Shown here piece after piece: positions 9,437 to 19,448 of a stretch of 64,000 nucleotides of DNA (within the stretch, counting starts at the first letter, position 1; each line of letters opens with the position of its first letter). Below the pieces are notes generated by a model. It was given only the letters and a program-made list of their open reading frames with translations. It searched no databases and was not told the DNA's origin. Source of the stretch: Candidatus Binatia bacterium (lineage in GTDB: Bacteria; Desulfobacterota; Binatia; UBA9968; JAJDTQ01); contig OY762897.2 of assembly GCA_963666515.2 (NCBI GenBank), positions 448,001 to 512,000 of the forward strand, given 5' to 3'. The position numbers and the translations under genes were made by a program.

Positions 9437-11023
9437 ATGGCGATTTTCGATACCGTGCTTCACGGCGGGGCCATCATCGACGGCGCCGGCAACCCCTGGT
9501 ACTACGGCGACTTGGCCATCAAGGACGGCCGCATCGCGGCCATGGGGCGGCTGGACCCGGGCTCGGGAACCCGCTCCATCGACGTCCGGGGCAGGATGGT
9601 GACGCCGGGCTACATTGACATGCACACCCACAGCGACCAGCCGCTGATCAAGGACGGCAACGGCGAGAGCAAGATCCGCCAGGGGGTGACGCTGGACATC
9701 ATCGGAGAAAGCCAGACCGTGGCGCCGCTGGTGGGGCCGGTGTTCGAGGAGTACGTGGCCGAGCACCGGCACCGGAACGGCATCGAGGCTGACTGGACGA
9801 CCTTCAGCGAGTACTTCGACCGGATCGAGGCGGGCGGCATCTCCATGAACGTGGCCTCGGGCGTGTCGCCGCAGCAGGTCAAGCGGGTGGTGGTGGGGTT
9901 CAAGGAACGTCCCGCCAACGCGGAGGAGCAGGCGCGCATGGACGGCTACGTGGCTCAGGCCATGGAGCAGGGGGCGCTGGGGCTCACCGCGGCCTGGCAC
10001 GCCAAGGGGCCGGAGTACCCGGACGAGGTGGTGTCCATGGCCCGGGTCGCGCGCAAGTACGGCGGCTACTACGGCGTGCATCTCGGCAGCGAGGGCTTCG
10101 ACATCCAGGAGGAGCTGGAGAAGGCATTGAAGGTGGGGCGGGAAGCGGACATCCCCATCCACGTCTACCACCTCAAGATGCGCTCCAAGGAGAACTGGGG
10201 GCGGGTGATGCAGGTGGTGGAGCAGATCGAGGAGGCTCGGAGCGAGGGCCTGGACGTCACCGCCAACCAGTACCCCTACACCGCCATGCAGCACCCGTGG
10301 CGGCGGCTGTTCCCGCGCTGGGTGCAGGACGCGCCGGTGCAGGAGACCATCGGCGAGTTCATGAGCCCGAGCTTCCGCCAGCGGGTCATGGACGATCCCG
10401 AGTTCACCCAGTACGTGAGCGAGCACGGAGGGTGGGAGGGCATCGTGGCGGCCCGTCTGGACAAGCCCGAGCACCACGCCTGGGAGGGCAAGACCATCCA
10501 GCAGATCGCGGAGATACGCGGGCAGGACCCCGCCAGCACCTGTTTCGACCTGATCTACGGCGAGGGCATCTTCATCCACGGCATCTACCACACGCTCCGC
10601 GAGCAGGACGTGCAGGACGTCATGCAGGTGCCGTGGATCTCCGTGGCCTCGGACGGCAGCGCCCTGAACCTCCAGTCCCGCGGCATGCCGCACCCCCGCA
10701 GCTTCGGCACCAATGTGCGCGTGCTGGGCCGCTACGTGCGCGACGAAAGAGTGCTGACCCTGCCCGACGCCGTGCGCAAGATGACCTCGCTCCCCGCCCA
10801 GGTGCTGGGGCTCAAGGACCGCGGGCTGCTGCGGGAAGGCTACTGGGCGGACGTGGTGGTGTTCGACCCCGACACCGTGGCCGACCGGGCCACCTTCGAG
10901 AACCCCAAGCAGTATCCCAGGGGCGTCGAGTACGTGTTCGTCAACGGACAGATGGTCATCGAGAACGGCGACCACACCGGCGCCCGGCCCGGCCGGGTGG
11001 TCTACGGTCCGGGGAAGAAGTAA
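9437..11023 (+). CDS. N-acyl-D-amino-acid deacylase (D-aminoacylase) family
   Basis: PGYIDMHTHSD, QGVT, HPRSFGTNVRVLG, AVRKMTSLPA, ADVVVFDP. Confidence 0.9.
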   Translation: MAIFDTVLHGGAIIDGAGNPWYYGDLAIKDGRIAAMGRLDPGSGTRSIDVRGRMVTPGYIDMHTHSDQPLIKDGNGESKIRQGVTLDIIGESQTVAPLVGPVFEEYVAEHRHRNGIEADWTTFSEYFDRIEAGGISMNVASGVSPQQVKRVVVGFKERPANAEEQARMDGYVAQAMEQGALGLTAAWHAKGPEYPDEVVSMARVARKYGGYYGVHLGSEGFDIQEELEKALKVGREADIPIHVYHLKMRSKENWGRVMQVVEQIEEARSEGLDVTANQYPYTAMQHPWRRLFPRWVQDAPVQETIGEFMSPSFRQRVMDDPEFTQYVSEHGGWEGIVAARLDKPEHHAWEGKTIQQIAEIRGQDPASTCFDLIYGEGIFIHGIYHTLREQDVQDVMQVPWISVASDGSALNLQSRGMPHPRSFGTNVRVLGRYVRDERVLTLPDAVRKMTSLPAQVLGLKDRGLLREGYWADVVVFDPDTVADRATFENPKQYPRGVEYVFVNGQMVIENGDHTGARPGRVVYGPGKK

Positions 11024-11114
11024 CCGGAGAGGATTCGGCCGCGCCAGTGAGCGAATCACTGCAAGGCATTGCCGCATCATCGCCCTTTGTCTTCGAAAGA
11101 AGGACCTCGTCGAG

Positions 11115-12296
11115 ATGCACCCTGAAACGAGCCCGTTCAGTCCCGGACAACCTGTGCCCATCGAGTTCTTCGTCGGGCGCGGCAGGGAGATCGAGCGTCT
11201 GCGCGGCATGGTGAAGGCCGGCGCGCTGGGCAACTTCCGAATCGGTTTCGTCAGCGGCGAACGGGGAATCGGCAAGAGTTCCGTTGCTTCTTTTGTGCGC
11301 CACCTGGCCGAGCGTGAGAACGGCGTCGTGGGATGCCACGTATTCCTCGGCGGGGTCCAGGACTTGAAAGAGATGCTGCGGAGGACCTTCGACCGACTTT
11401 TGAAGGAAAGCATCGACAAGCCCTGGCACGAGCAAATCAGGGAGTTTTTCGGAAACCGGGTCCGCAGGGTAGGCCTGCTCGGGGTCACGCTCGAGTTGGA
11501 TCTCCCGGAGCGCGACCTGTCCACGCTTGCTCACGACTTCGTCCCGACCGTCGCCCGGCTCCTGGACGTGATCAAGGAGCAGAAAAGGGGACTCTTTCTG
11601 ATCCTTGACGACATCAACGGTCTTGCGGGTTCCGAGGCTTTCGCGAACTGGCTCAAGAGCACCGTGGACGAAATTGCCACCTCCCGGCGAAAGGCGCCGC
11701 TCTGCGTGCTGGTCGTCGGGCTCGAGGAACGGCGTCAGGAGTTGGTGGCGAAACAGCCGTCTCTCGCTCGGGTCTTCGAGTTGATCGACATCGCGCCGTG
11801 GTCCGACGACGAGGTCATGGAATTCTATCGGAACTCGTTCGGTTCCGTGAACGCGACGGTCGGCGAGCCGGACCTGCGCCAGCTTGTCCGGTTTACCGGT
11901 GGACTGCCGGTTCTGGCGCACGAGATCGGCGATGCGGTTTGGCGCACCGCCCGGCATCCGGCAATTGACTCAAGGGAGGTTTCGATGGGCATCTCGGCCG
12001 CAGCCGAGCTCATTGGACGGAAGCTGCTGGAACCGCAGGTCTTCAGCGCTATCCGTAGCGAGCGCTACCGGTCGATCTTGCGAAAGATGCTGGACGAACC
12101 TCGGATGGACTTCCGCAGGTCCGAACTTGTAGGACGGCTGACAGGCGATGAAAGGAAAGTCATGGACAACTTCCTTCAACGCATGAAACGGCTCGGCGCG
12201 CTGCAAACCGATCCGGAAGTTCAAGGCGGATACCGATTCCCCAACCTCCTGCACGCGCTGTATTTCTGGATGGAATCACGGCGGGTTTCCCGATGA
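11115..12296 (+). CDS. stand-alone P-loop NTPase (AAA/STAND-like) with possible C-terminal wHTH
   Basis: SPFSPG-P-FVGR-E, Walker A GERGIGKSS, Walker B LILDD, TGGLP. Confidence 0.8.
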   Translation: MHPETSPFSPGQPVPIEFFVGRGREIERLRGMVKAGALGNFRIGFVSGERGIGKSSVASFVRHLAERENGVVGCHVFLGGVQDLKEMLRRTFDRLLKESIDKPWHEQIREFFGNRVRRVGLLGVTLELDLPERDLSTLAHDFVPTVARLLDVIKEQKRGLFLILDDINGLAGSEAFANWLKSTVDEIATSRRKAPLCVLVVGLEERRQELVAKQPSLARVFELIDIAPWSDDEVMEFYRNSFGSVNATVGEPDLRQLVRFTGGLPVLAHEIGDAVWRTARHPAIDSREVSMGISAAAELIGRKLLEPQVFSAIRSERYRSILRKMLDEPRMDFRRSELVGRLTGDERKVMDNFLQRMKRLGALQTDPEVQGGYRFPNLLHALYFWMESRRVSR

Positions 12297-12333
12297 GACA
12301 AAATCTGCGGTCCTGGAAAGAAGGAGAGTAGGG

Positions 12334-14007
12334 ATGGCGCTGCCGGAGAGTCTTTACGCGGACACGATCCTGGTCAACGGCAACGTGATCACGGTGGACG
12401 ACGCCCATCCCGCGGCCGCGGCCGTGGCGGTCAAGGGCGACCGCATCCTGCACGTCGGTAGCAACGACGAGGTGCGGCAGTGCGCGGGCCGAAACACTCG
12501 CGTCATCGACTGCGCCGGCAAGACGGTGCTGCCCGGGTTCATCGAGCCGCACACCCATTTCATGTCCTTCGGCGTCCGGCTGGGCATGGTGAACGTGCGC
12601 ACGCCGCCCAACGACTCCATCGAGGACGTGCTGGCGCGCATCCGCGAGCGCGCGGCGGTGACCCCCAAGGGGCAGTGGATCGAGGCCCAGGGCTACGAGC
12701 ATACCGCGGTCGCGGAGAAGCGCTGGCCCACCCTGGCCGAGCTTGACGGTGCGGCGCCCGACAACCCGCTGGTCATGACCTACCGATCTTCCCACGTGTG
12801 GATGGCCAACAGCGCGGCGCTGAAGCTCGCCGGCATCGACGATGATACGCCCCAGCCCGATGGCGGCCACATGGACCGGGACCCGCAAACGGGCAAGCTC
12901 ACCGGAGTGCTGCGGGAGAAGGCCGCGGCCCGGCCGGTGAACAACCTGGTGCCGCATCCGACCCTGCAGCAGCTCAAGGACGGGGTGGAGCTGGCGGGCC
13001 GGGAGTACAACTCGGTGGGCATCACCTCCACCCACGACGCCGGCACCGGCGACACACCGGACCACTACCGGGCGTATCAGGAGACCATCGACGAAGGACG
13101 CCTCAAGGTGCGGGTCTACCTGATGATCCACGACCTGCCCTACAAGCGCTTCTACCTGGAGCGGGACCTGGGGTTGCGCACCGGCTTCGGTTCGGACTGG
13201 CTGCGGCTGGGAGCGGTGAAGACGTGCAGCGACGGTTCCATCCAGGTGCACACCTGCGCCTTCTACGACCCCTACATCACCAGCGACACCGACGACCCCA
13301 CCAAGGACCCGTGCGGCGTGCTCCAGTACTCGCCCGAAGACCAGAAGAAGCTCGTGTCCGAAGCCCACGGCAAGGGCTACCAGGTGGCCATCCACGCCCA
13401 GGGCGACCGCGGCGTGGACGTGGCCCTGGACGCGGTGGAGAACGCCATGAACGAGGCGCCGCGCCCCAACCCGCGCCACCGCATCGAGCACTGCCAGGGG
13501 GTCACCCGGCAGGCGCTGGAGCGCATGAGCCGTCTGGGGGTCATCGCGTCGTTCTACCCGCACCACCTGTGGTACTGGGGCGACCGCCACATCCACGACT
13601 TCCTGGGCATGGAGCGGGCGCAGCGGCTGGACCCCATGCGCACGGCCATCGACCTCGGCGTGGTCACCGTGGCCCACTCCGACACCCCCATCGCGCTCCC
13701 CAAGGACCCGCTCTTCGCCACTGATCCGCTCTTCGGCATCTGGTGCGCGGTGAACCGCAAGACCCGGGCGGGCGTGGTGCTGGGCGAGAACGAGCGCATC
13801 ACCCCCATGGAGGGCATCCGCGCCTACACCATCAACGCCGCCTACGCGGCCTTCGAGGAGAACAGCAAGGGCTCCATCACCGCGGGCAAGCTGGCGGACC
13901 TGGTGGTATTGGGGGACAATCCGCTGACCGTGGACCCGTGGGAGATACGCAACATCCCGGTGGAGCGGACCATCGTGGGTGGTGAGGTGGTGTATGGAGA
14001 TTCGTGA
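12334..14007 (+). CDS. amidohydrolase family 3 (YtcJ-like)
   Basis: LPGFIEPHTH, AIHAQGD, HRIEH, HSD, AYTINAA, GKLADLVVL. Confidence 0.9.
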   Translation: MALPESLYADTILVNGNVITVDDAHPAAAAVAVKGDRILHVGSNDEVRQCAGRNTRVIDCAGKTVLPGFIEPHTHFMSFGVRLGMVNVRTPPNDSIEDVLARIRERAAVTPKGQWIEAQGYEHTAVAEKRWPTLAELDGAAPDNPLVMTYRSSHVWMANSAALKLAGIDDDTPQPDGGHMDRDPQTGKLTGVLREKAAARPVNNLVPHPTLQQLKDGVELAGREYNSVGITSTHDAGTGDTPDHYRAYQETIDEGRLKVRVYLMIHDLPYKRFYLERDLGLRTGFGSDWLRLGAVKTCSDGSIQVHTCAFYDPYITSDTDDPTKDPCGVLQYSPEDQKKLVSEAHGKGYQVAIHAQGDRGVDVALDAVENAMNEAPRPNPRHRIEHCQGVTRQALERMSRLGVIASFYPHHLWYWGDRHIHDFLGMERAQRLDPMRTAIDLGVVTVAHSDTPIALPKDPLFATDPLFGIWCAVNRKTRAGVVLGENERITPMEGIRAYTINAAYAAFEENSKGSITAGKLADLVVLGDNPLTVDPWEIRNIPVERTIVGGEVVYGDS

Positions 14008-14070
14008 TCCGGTAGATCAGTTGCCGGTCGTTGCCATGTAGATGCTCGCGGGCGGCTGATGTCCGTATCC

Positions 14071-14166
14071 GTCATTCCGGCGAAAGCCGGAATCCAGAGC
14101 GGCACGTGAGCGATCCTGGATTCCGGCCCCGTATCGAGTACGGGGCAGGCTTTTCGCCGGAATGAC
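14071..14166. repeat. REP-like inverted pair (GTCATTCCGGCGAAAGCCGGAATCCAG family); right arm carries an extra hairpin
   Basis: Same 27-mer at 21154, 31906 and 48771; right arm interrupted by CCCCGTATCGAGTACGGGG. Confidence 0.85.
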
Positions 14167-14199
14167 GGGTCAAGGACGGCGTAGGATCAAACTGGCATG

Positions 14200-14241
14200 G
14201 AGTTACGGGTTGTCCGGAAGGACAACCCGTAACTCTTTTTT
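14200..14241 (+). terminator. intrinsic terminator between convergent genes
   Basis: 16-bp perfect stem GAGTTACGGGTTGTCC / GGACAACCCGTAACTC, GGAA loop, then T6. Confidence 0.85.
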
Positions 14242-15782
14242 CACGCCTTGACGTCCATCTCCTCCAGCAGGATCTTCTCGTCCGGGCGCGGCATCCACAC
14301 CAGGTTGCGGGCCGCTCCGTACTGATCGAAGAGTTGGTACAACGGGATCATCGGCGCTTCCTCCATGATGACCTCGTTCATCTTCTGGAGGATCTTCAAC
14401 CGCTTGGCGTCGTCCGATTCCGCCTGCTCGGCGTCCACGAGCGCGTCGAAAGCCGCGTTGCTGAAGTTGGTGCGCTTGGAGCCGCCGGTGCGGAAGTACT
14501 GGTACAGCGGCGTGTCGGTGTCCAGCACGCTGCCCCGGCCGATGTAGTAGAACGGACTCTTGCCGCCGTTGACGCCGTCGCGGCCCCAGAAGACCACCCA
14601 TTCCTGCGGCACGATCTCGACCCGGAAGCCGCCCTTGGACATCTGGCTGGCTACCACTTGCACCAGCTCGGTGTCGTTCGCGTACTTTCCCGGCGAGTAG
14701 TGCAGCTTGACGTCCACGCCGTTGGGATATCCGGCCTTGGCCAGCAGCTCCTTTGCCTTCTTGGGGTCGTAGGGGTAGCGCTTGAGGTTGGGGTTGTACC
14801 CGTAAACGCGGGGCCCCACCGGTCCTTGAAGCACCTCGCCGTTACCGTCGAAGATGTTCTTGACGATGGAGTCCGCGTCCACGCAGTAGTTGGCGGCCTG
14901 CCGAACGAGCTTGTTGTCCCAGGGCTTGAAGTTGACGTTCAACGCGAAGAAGTAAATCCGCAGACCCGGCACGCTGCGCACCGAGACCCGGGGGTGGCGG
15001 TTGATCCGCTCCACCTCATGCACCGGCACCCGGTCCATGACGTCGCACTGTCCCGCCTGGAGGCCGGCCATGCGCGAGTTGACCTCCACCACCTTGCGCC
15101 ACACCAGTTCCTTGATGGCGGGCTTCTTGCCCCAGTAGTCGTCGTTGCGCGTCAGCACCAGGTCGCCGTCGCGCTTGAAGCTGACGAACTTGTACGGGCC
15201 CGTGCCGGTGGGGTGCTTGTCCACGTCCTTGCCGTACTTGTCCGCCACGGTCTTGCTCATGATGAAGCGGTTGCGCACGCCGCGGGAGAGGAACGTGACC
15301 GAAGGTTTCTTGGTGATCACGACCACCGTGTGCTCGTCCGGCGTCTGCACCTCCTGGACGTTCCGGAACGACCGCCGCTGCAGGCTCCGCTTGTCGTTCT
15401 TCATCCGGTCGATGGAGAACGCCACGTCCGCGGAGGTAAGCGGGCTGCCGTCGTGGAACTTGATGCCCTTGCGCAGCTTGAACTCCCACTCTTTGCCCCG
15501 GAACTCCCACGACTCCGCCAGCCGTCCCACGAACTTCGCCTGGTCGTAGCTGAACTCCACCAGCGGCTCCATCATGTGCTGCCACTGCCCGTAGATGGCG
15601 CCGCTGCTGTGGTCGTAGGGGTGCAGGTTGTCCATGTTGCTGGCGTTGTACACGATGACGCGATCCTTGGACGCCGCGTACGCGAACTGTCCCAGCGAGG
15701 GATTTATCAGGGCCGCGGCCCCCAAGGCGGCGCCGCCCTTGAGCACGTCCCGCCTGCTTAAAAGTCTTCTTTCGTCGCTCAT
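14241..15782 (-). CDS. ABC transporter substrate-binding protein, family 5 (peptide/nickel-type), Tat signal
   Basis: SRRDVLKG twin-arginine motif; LAESW, FKLRKGIKFHDG, GTGPYKF, VRQA. Confidence 0.9.
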   Translation of the reverse strand: MSDERRLLSRRDVLKGGAALGAAALINPSLGQFAYAASKDRVIVYNASNMDNLHPYDHSSGAIYGQWQHMMEPLVEFSYDQAKFVGRLAESWEFRGKEWEFKLRKGIKFHDGSPLTSADVAFSIDRMKNDKRSLQRRSFRNVQEVQTPDEHTVVVITKKPSVTFLSRGVRNRFIMSKTVADKYGKDVDKHPTGTGPYKFVSFKRDGDLVLTRNDDYWGKKPAIKELVWRKVVEVNSRMAGLQAGQCDVMDRVPVHEVERINRHPRVSVRSVPGLRIYFFALNVNFKPWDNKLVRQAANYCVDADSIVKNIFDGNGEVLQGPVGPRVYGYNPNLKRYPYDPKKAKELLAKAGYPNGVDVKLHYSPGKYANDTELVQVVASQMSKGGFRVEIVPQEWVVFWGRDGVNGGKSPFYYIGRGSVLDTDTPLYQYFRTGGSKRTNFSNAAFDALVDAEQAESDDAKRLKILQKMNEVIMEEAPMIPLYQLFDQYGAARNLVWMPRPDEKILLEEMDVKA

Positions 15783-15826
15783 GTCGCAACTCCTTTCCGT
15801 TCAGGTCCTTGGTTGTCGGGCCGTCT

Positions 15827-16666
15827 TTACTTGTCCATGGGATGGCGCTTGAGAAACTCCAGAAAGTGGGCGTTGGCCACGTCCGGCATCTGCCGCAGGT
15901 AGCCGTGGTTGCCGCCCTCCACCAGCTTGAACTCGGCGCCGGCGATGCCTTCCGCCAGCACCTTGGACGACTCCACGTGGCTGCCGGTGGACGCGTCCAC
16001 CGTGTCGCCGGCGCCGCAGATGACGAGCGTCGGGCACTGGATGCGGTCCAGCAGGTGGCGCGTCTCGTGTTCTTGCCGGGCGACCACGTGCCGGAGATAG
16101 GGCCGCAACGGGGTGAAGTAGGTCATGTTGACTTCGCGGAACTCCTGGACCTTGTCCGGGTGGTCGCGCACGAACTCCGGCGGGAACATGAAGCTGCCGC
16201 CGAAGTGGTCTTCCATGTATTGCGTGTGGCCCTTCTCGGCCATCTCCGCGGCCGTGGCGTAAGGGACGCCGCGTTCGTAGTACTGGCCGTCGTAGGACGT
16301 GCCGGGCCCGGAGCCCGAGAGGACGACGCTGTGGACCACTTCGGGATGGTCGATGGCGATCCACTGGCAGACGCGTCCGCCCATGGAATGGCCGAGGAAG
16401 TGCGCCCGGCCGATGCCGAGCGCCTCCATCAGGTTGGCGCAGTCGTCCGCGAACATGCGGGTGGAGTAGTGGACGTCCGGCTTGTCGCTCCGTCCCGTGC
16501 CCCGGTGGTCCCAGGTAAGCACCCGGTAGTGCTGCGACAGATCGGGGACCTGGAAGATCTTCCAGTGGTCGCCGGACATGCCCGTGCCGCTTACCAGCAC
16601 CAGCGGCTCGCCGCTGCCGTGCAGCTCGTAGTGGAAATTCAGGCCGCTGACGTTGGCGATGGGCAT
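15827..16666 (-). CDS. alpha/beta hydrolase
   Basis: Start MPIANVSG just after the ADH stop; DHRGTGRS, GHSMGG nucleophile elbow, C-terminal His (GNHG). Confidence 0.88.
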   Translation of the reverse strand: MPIANVSGLNFHYELHGSGEPLVLVSGTGMSGDHWKIFQVPDLSQHYRVLTWDHRGTGRSDKPDVHYSTRMFADDCANLMEALGIGRAHFLGHSMGGRVCQWIAIDHPEVVHSVVLSGSGPGTSYDGQYYERGVPYATAAEMAEKGHTQYMEDHFGGSFMFPPEFVRDHPDKVQEFREVNMTYFTPLRPYLRHVVARQEHETRHLLDRIQCPTLVICGAGDTVDASTGSHVESSKVLAEGIAGAEFKLVEGGNHGYLRQMPDVANAHFLEFLKRHPMDK

Positions 16667-16668
16667 GG

Positions 16669-17757
16669 CTAAAAAACGACGACGCCCCGGGCCGCCTCTC
16701 CCTGCTTCAGCCGCTCGACTCCTTCGTTGATCTCGTCGATCCTGTAGCGATGGGAGACGAGCCGGTCCAGGTCCAGCCGCCCGGCCTTGTAGTGCTCCAC
16801 CATCCGCGGGATGTCGATGAGCTGGCGGGCGTTGCCGTAACCCGTGCCCGTAAGGGTCTTCTGCTCCCTCACGAAGCGCAGGGGATTGATGGACGCCGTG
16901 TGGTCCATGGGCGCCATCCCCACCACCACGACGGTGCCGCCTACCCGCGCGCACTCCAGCGCCTGTTCCACCGTGGGGCCGAGGCCGATGGCCTCGAACA
17001 CGTAGTCCACGCCGCCGCCCGTGATTTCCCGCACGCGTTGGGCCGCGTCCTCGCGCGCGCTGTTGATCTTGTGGGTGGCGCCGAACTCCTGGGCGTATTC
17101 CAGTTTCCCGTCGAGGATGTCGATGGCGATGATGGTGCTGGCGCCCACCAGCCGAGCTCCCTGGATGCAGTTGAGGCCCACGCCGCCGCAGCCGATGACC
17201 GCCACGGTGTCCCCGGCCTCCACCCGCGCGGCGTTGGTGACGGCGCACACGCCGGTGGTGACGCAGCAGCCGATGAGCGCGGCCACCTCGGGCGGGATGT
17301 CGCCGGGCACCGGGACGGCCTGCTCCGCCGGGCACACCACCTGCTCGGCCCAGGTGCCGAGCCGCGCCGAGATGTAGAGCGGCTGTCCCTTGAGGCTCAC
17401 TCGCGCGGTGCCGTCGTGCATCATCTGGCGCGGCGAGTTGTGGCCGTTGCACAGAACAGGGATGCCGCGCGCGCAGTTCTCGCAACGGCCGCAGTTGGCG
17501 CGGAAGGAGAGGATGACGTTGTCGCCCGGCTTGACGTGGCTGACGCCCGGACCCACGGCCTCCACCACGCCCGCGCCTTCGTGGCCCAGGATCGCCGGCC
17601 TCAGGTTGTCCCACTCGCCCTTGATGTTGTGCAGGTCGCTGTGGCAGATGCCGGTGGCGCCGATGCGGACCTGGACCTCCTGCTCCTTGGGGCCCTCGAT
17701 GTCTACATCGTCCACCACAAGGGGGGCGTTGGTCTCCACTAGCACCGCGGCTCTCAT
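16669..17757 (-). CDS. Zn-dependent alcohol dehydrogenase (MDR family)
   Basis: GICHSD, GHEGAG, CGRCENC, GCGGVG; GGAGG RBS. Confidence 0.93.
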   Translation of the reverse strand: MRAAVLVETNAPLVVDDVDIEGPKEQEVQVRIGATGICHSDLHNIKGEWDNLRPAILGHEGAGVVEAVGPGVSHVKPGDNVILSFRANCGRCENCARGIPVLCNGHNSPRQMMHDGTARVSLKGQPLYISARLGTWAEQVVCPAEQAVPVPGDIPPEVAALIGCCVTTGVCAVTNAARVEAGDTVAVIGCGGVGLNCIQGARLVGASTIIAIDILDGKLEYAQEFGATHKINSAREDAAQRVREITGGGVDYVFEAIGLGPTVEQALECARVGGTVVVVGMAPMDHTASINPLRFVREQKTLTGTGYGNARQLIDIPRMVEHYKAGRLDLDRLVSHRYRIDEINEGVERLKQGEAARGVVVF

Positions 17758-17788
17758 CCGCGCACCTCCATGAAAGGCCCCATTGAGA

Positions 17789-17855
17789 GGGGCGGGCCTG
17801 AAGCCCGCCCCCGTTCGAAACCCGTGCGATGGGCGGGTTTGAAACCCGCCGCTAC
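17789..17855. repeat. GTAG-type REP-like double hairpin
   Basis: GGGGCGGGCCTGAAGCCCGCCCC and GGCGGGTTTGAAACCCGCC; minus strand reads GTAGCGGCGGGTTTCAAACCCGCCC. Confidence 0.6.
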
Positions 17856-19387
17856 TTGATCGTCATCTCCCAGGTGCGGATTCTCTCGTCGGACCGCGGG
17901 TCCCACTCGATGTTGCTGGCAAACCCGTAAATGTCCGCCAGGTTCCACAGCGGCACCCACGGGGAATCCTCTTTCAGGATACGGCCGATCTCGTGCAGGA
18001 TCTTGGCGCGCTTCTCGGGATCGGCTTCCGCCATCTCCTCTTCGATGAGCTTGTCCAGCGCGGGGTTGCTGTAGTCGATTCGCGGGCTGGCGCCGGTCTT
18101 GAAGTACTGCTCGACGTGCGTGTGGACGTCGATGACGCTGCCCCGGCCGATGTAGTAGAAGGGCATCTTGCCCCCGTTGACCCCGGACCTGCCCCAGAAC
18201 ACCACCCACTCCTGAGAGATCAGCTCGACGTTGAACCCGCCCTTTTTCATCTGGGCGGCGAAGGCCTGGAGGACCTCGCTGTCCTTGGGATAACGTCCCT
18301 GGGAGTAGTAGAGCTTCACCGAAACGCCGTCCGGGTAGCCGGCCTTGGCCAGCAGCTCGCGCGACTTCTTCGGGTCGTAGGGATAACGCTTGGCGTTGGG
18401 GTCATGGCCGATGTACGTCTTCGCGCCGGCGCCCTGCACCACGAACCCCAGGCCGTCGAAGATGTTCTTGACGATGGAGTCGGCGTCTATCGAATAGTTG
18501 GCCGCCTGCCGCACCAGCTTGTTGTCCCAGGGCTTGAATCCCGGGTTGATGGCCAGGAAGTAGATGCGCGATCCGGGAACGGACTTGATGGTGATCCTGG
18601 GGTTCCGCTTCAGGCGCTCCACTTCGTGGGGCGGCACGGCGTTGATGACGTCCACCTGCCCGGCCTCCAGGGCCGCGACCCGGGCTGCCTCCTCGGTGAC
18701 CTTGCGCCACACCATGGTCTTGACCTGCGGCTTCGGCGAGCCCCAGTAGTCGTCGTTGCGTTCGAGCACCAAGTCGCCGTCGCGCTTGAAGCTTACGAAC
18801 TTGTAAGGCCCGGTGCCGATCGGATGCTTGTCCACGTCCTCGCCGTGCTTCTCGGCGGCCGCCTTGCTCATGACGAAGCGGCTCTGAAGCTTGTCGAGGA
18901 AGACAACGTTGGGTGTGTCCGTCACCAGGACGATGGTATGGTCGTCCACGACGCGCATCTCCGTCAGCTCTCTCAGTTGCCGCCGCTGAAGGCTCTTCTT
19001 GTCCTTCTTGATGCGGTTGAACGAAAACTCGACGTCATGGGCGGTCAAGGGCGAGCCGTCGTGGAACTTGATGCCCTTCTTCAGCTTGAAGACCCACTCC
19101 TTGCCCTTGAATTCCCAGGACTCGGCAAGCTTGGGAACGTACTTGTTGAGCTTCTGGTCCACCTGCACCAGCGGCTCCATGATGTGCTCCCAGATGCCGT
19201 AGGCCGGGCTCAGGCTGTGGTTGTACGGGTGGAGCGAATCGATGCCGCCCGCGTGATAGATCACCACCCGGTCCTTGGAGGCGGCCCACGCCGAGCCGGC
19301 GACGACGCCCAGAAGCAGCGCCGCACCCGCGACCAGTGCTCCGGTCCGCTTCCACAAACTTCCACGAATACGTGTGTCGAGTTTCAT
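17852..19387 (-). CDS. ABC transporter substrate-binding protein, family 5
   Basis: Signal peptide ending AWA; LAESW, GIKFHDG, GTGPYKF; paralog of its neighbours. Confidence 0.9.
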   Translation of the reverse strand: MKLDTRIRGSLWKRTGALVAGAALLLGVVAGSAWAASKDRVVIYHAGGIDSLHPYNHSLSPAYGIWEHIMEPLVQVDQKLNKYVPKLAESWEFKGKEWVFKLKKGIKFHDGSPLTAHDVEFSFNRIKKDKKSLQRRQLRELTEMRVVDDHTIVLVTDTPNVVFLDKLQSRFVMSKAAAEKHGEDVDKHPIGTGPYKFVSFKRDGDLVLERNDDYWGSPKPQVKTMVWRKVTEEAARVAALEAGQVDVINAVPPHEVERLKRNPRITIKSVPGSRIYFLAINPGFKPWDNKLVRQAANYSIDADSIVKNIFDGLGFVVQGAGAKTYIGHDPNAKRYPYDPKKSRELLAKAGYPDGVSVKLYYSQGRYPKDSEVLQAFAAQMKKGGFNVELISQEWVVFWGRSGVNGGKMPFYYIGRGSVIDVHTHVEQYFKTGASPRIDYSNPALDKLIEEEMAEADPEKRAKILHEIGRILKEDSPWVPLWNLADIYGFASNIEWDPRSDERIRTWEMTIK

Positions 19388-19448
19388 TGAGCCATCCCCC
19401 TTTTTCGGAATGCGGGCCCTCTCCCCACCGTGGAGGAGAACTTGGTTG

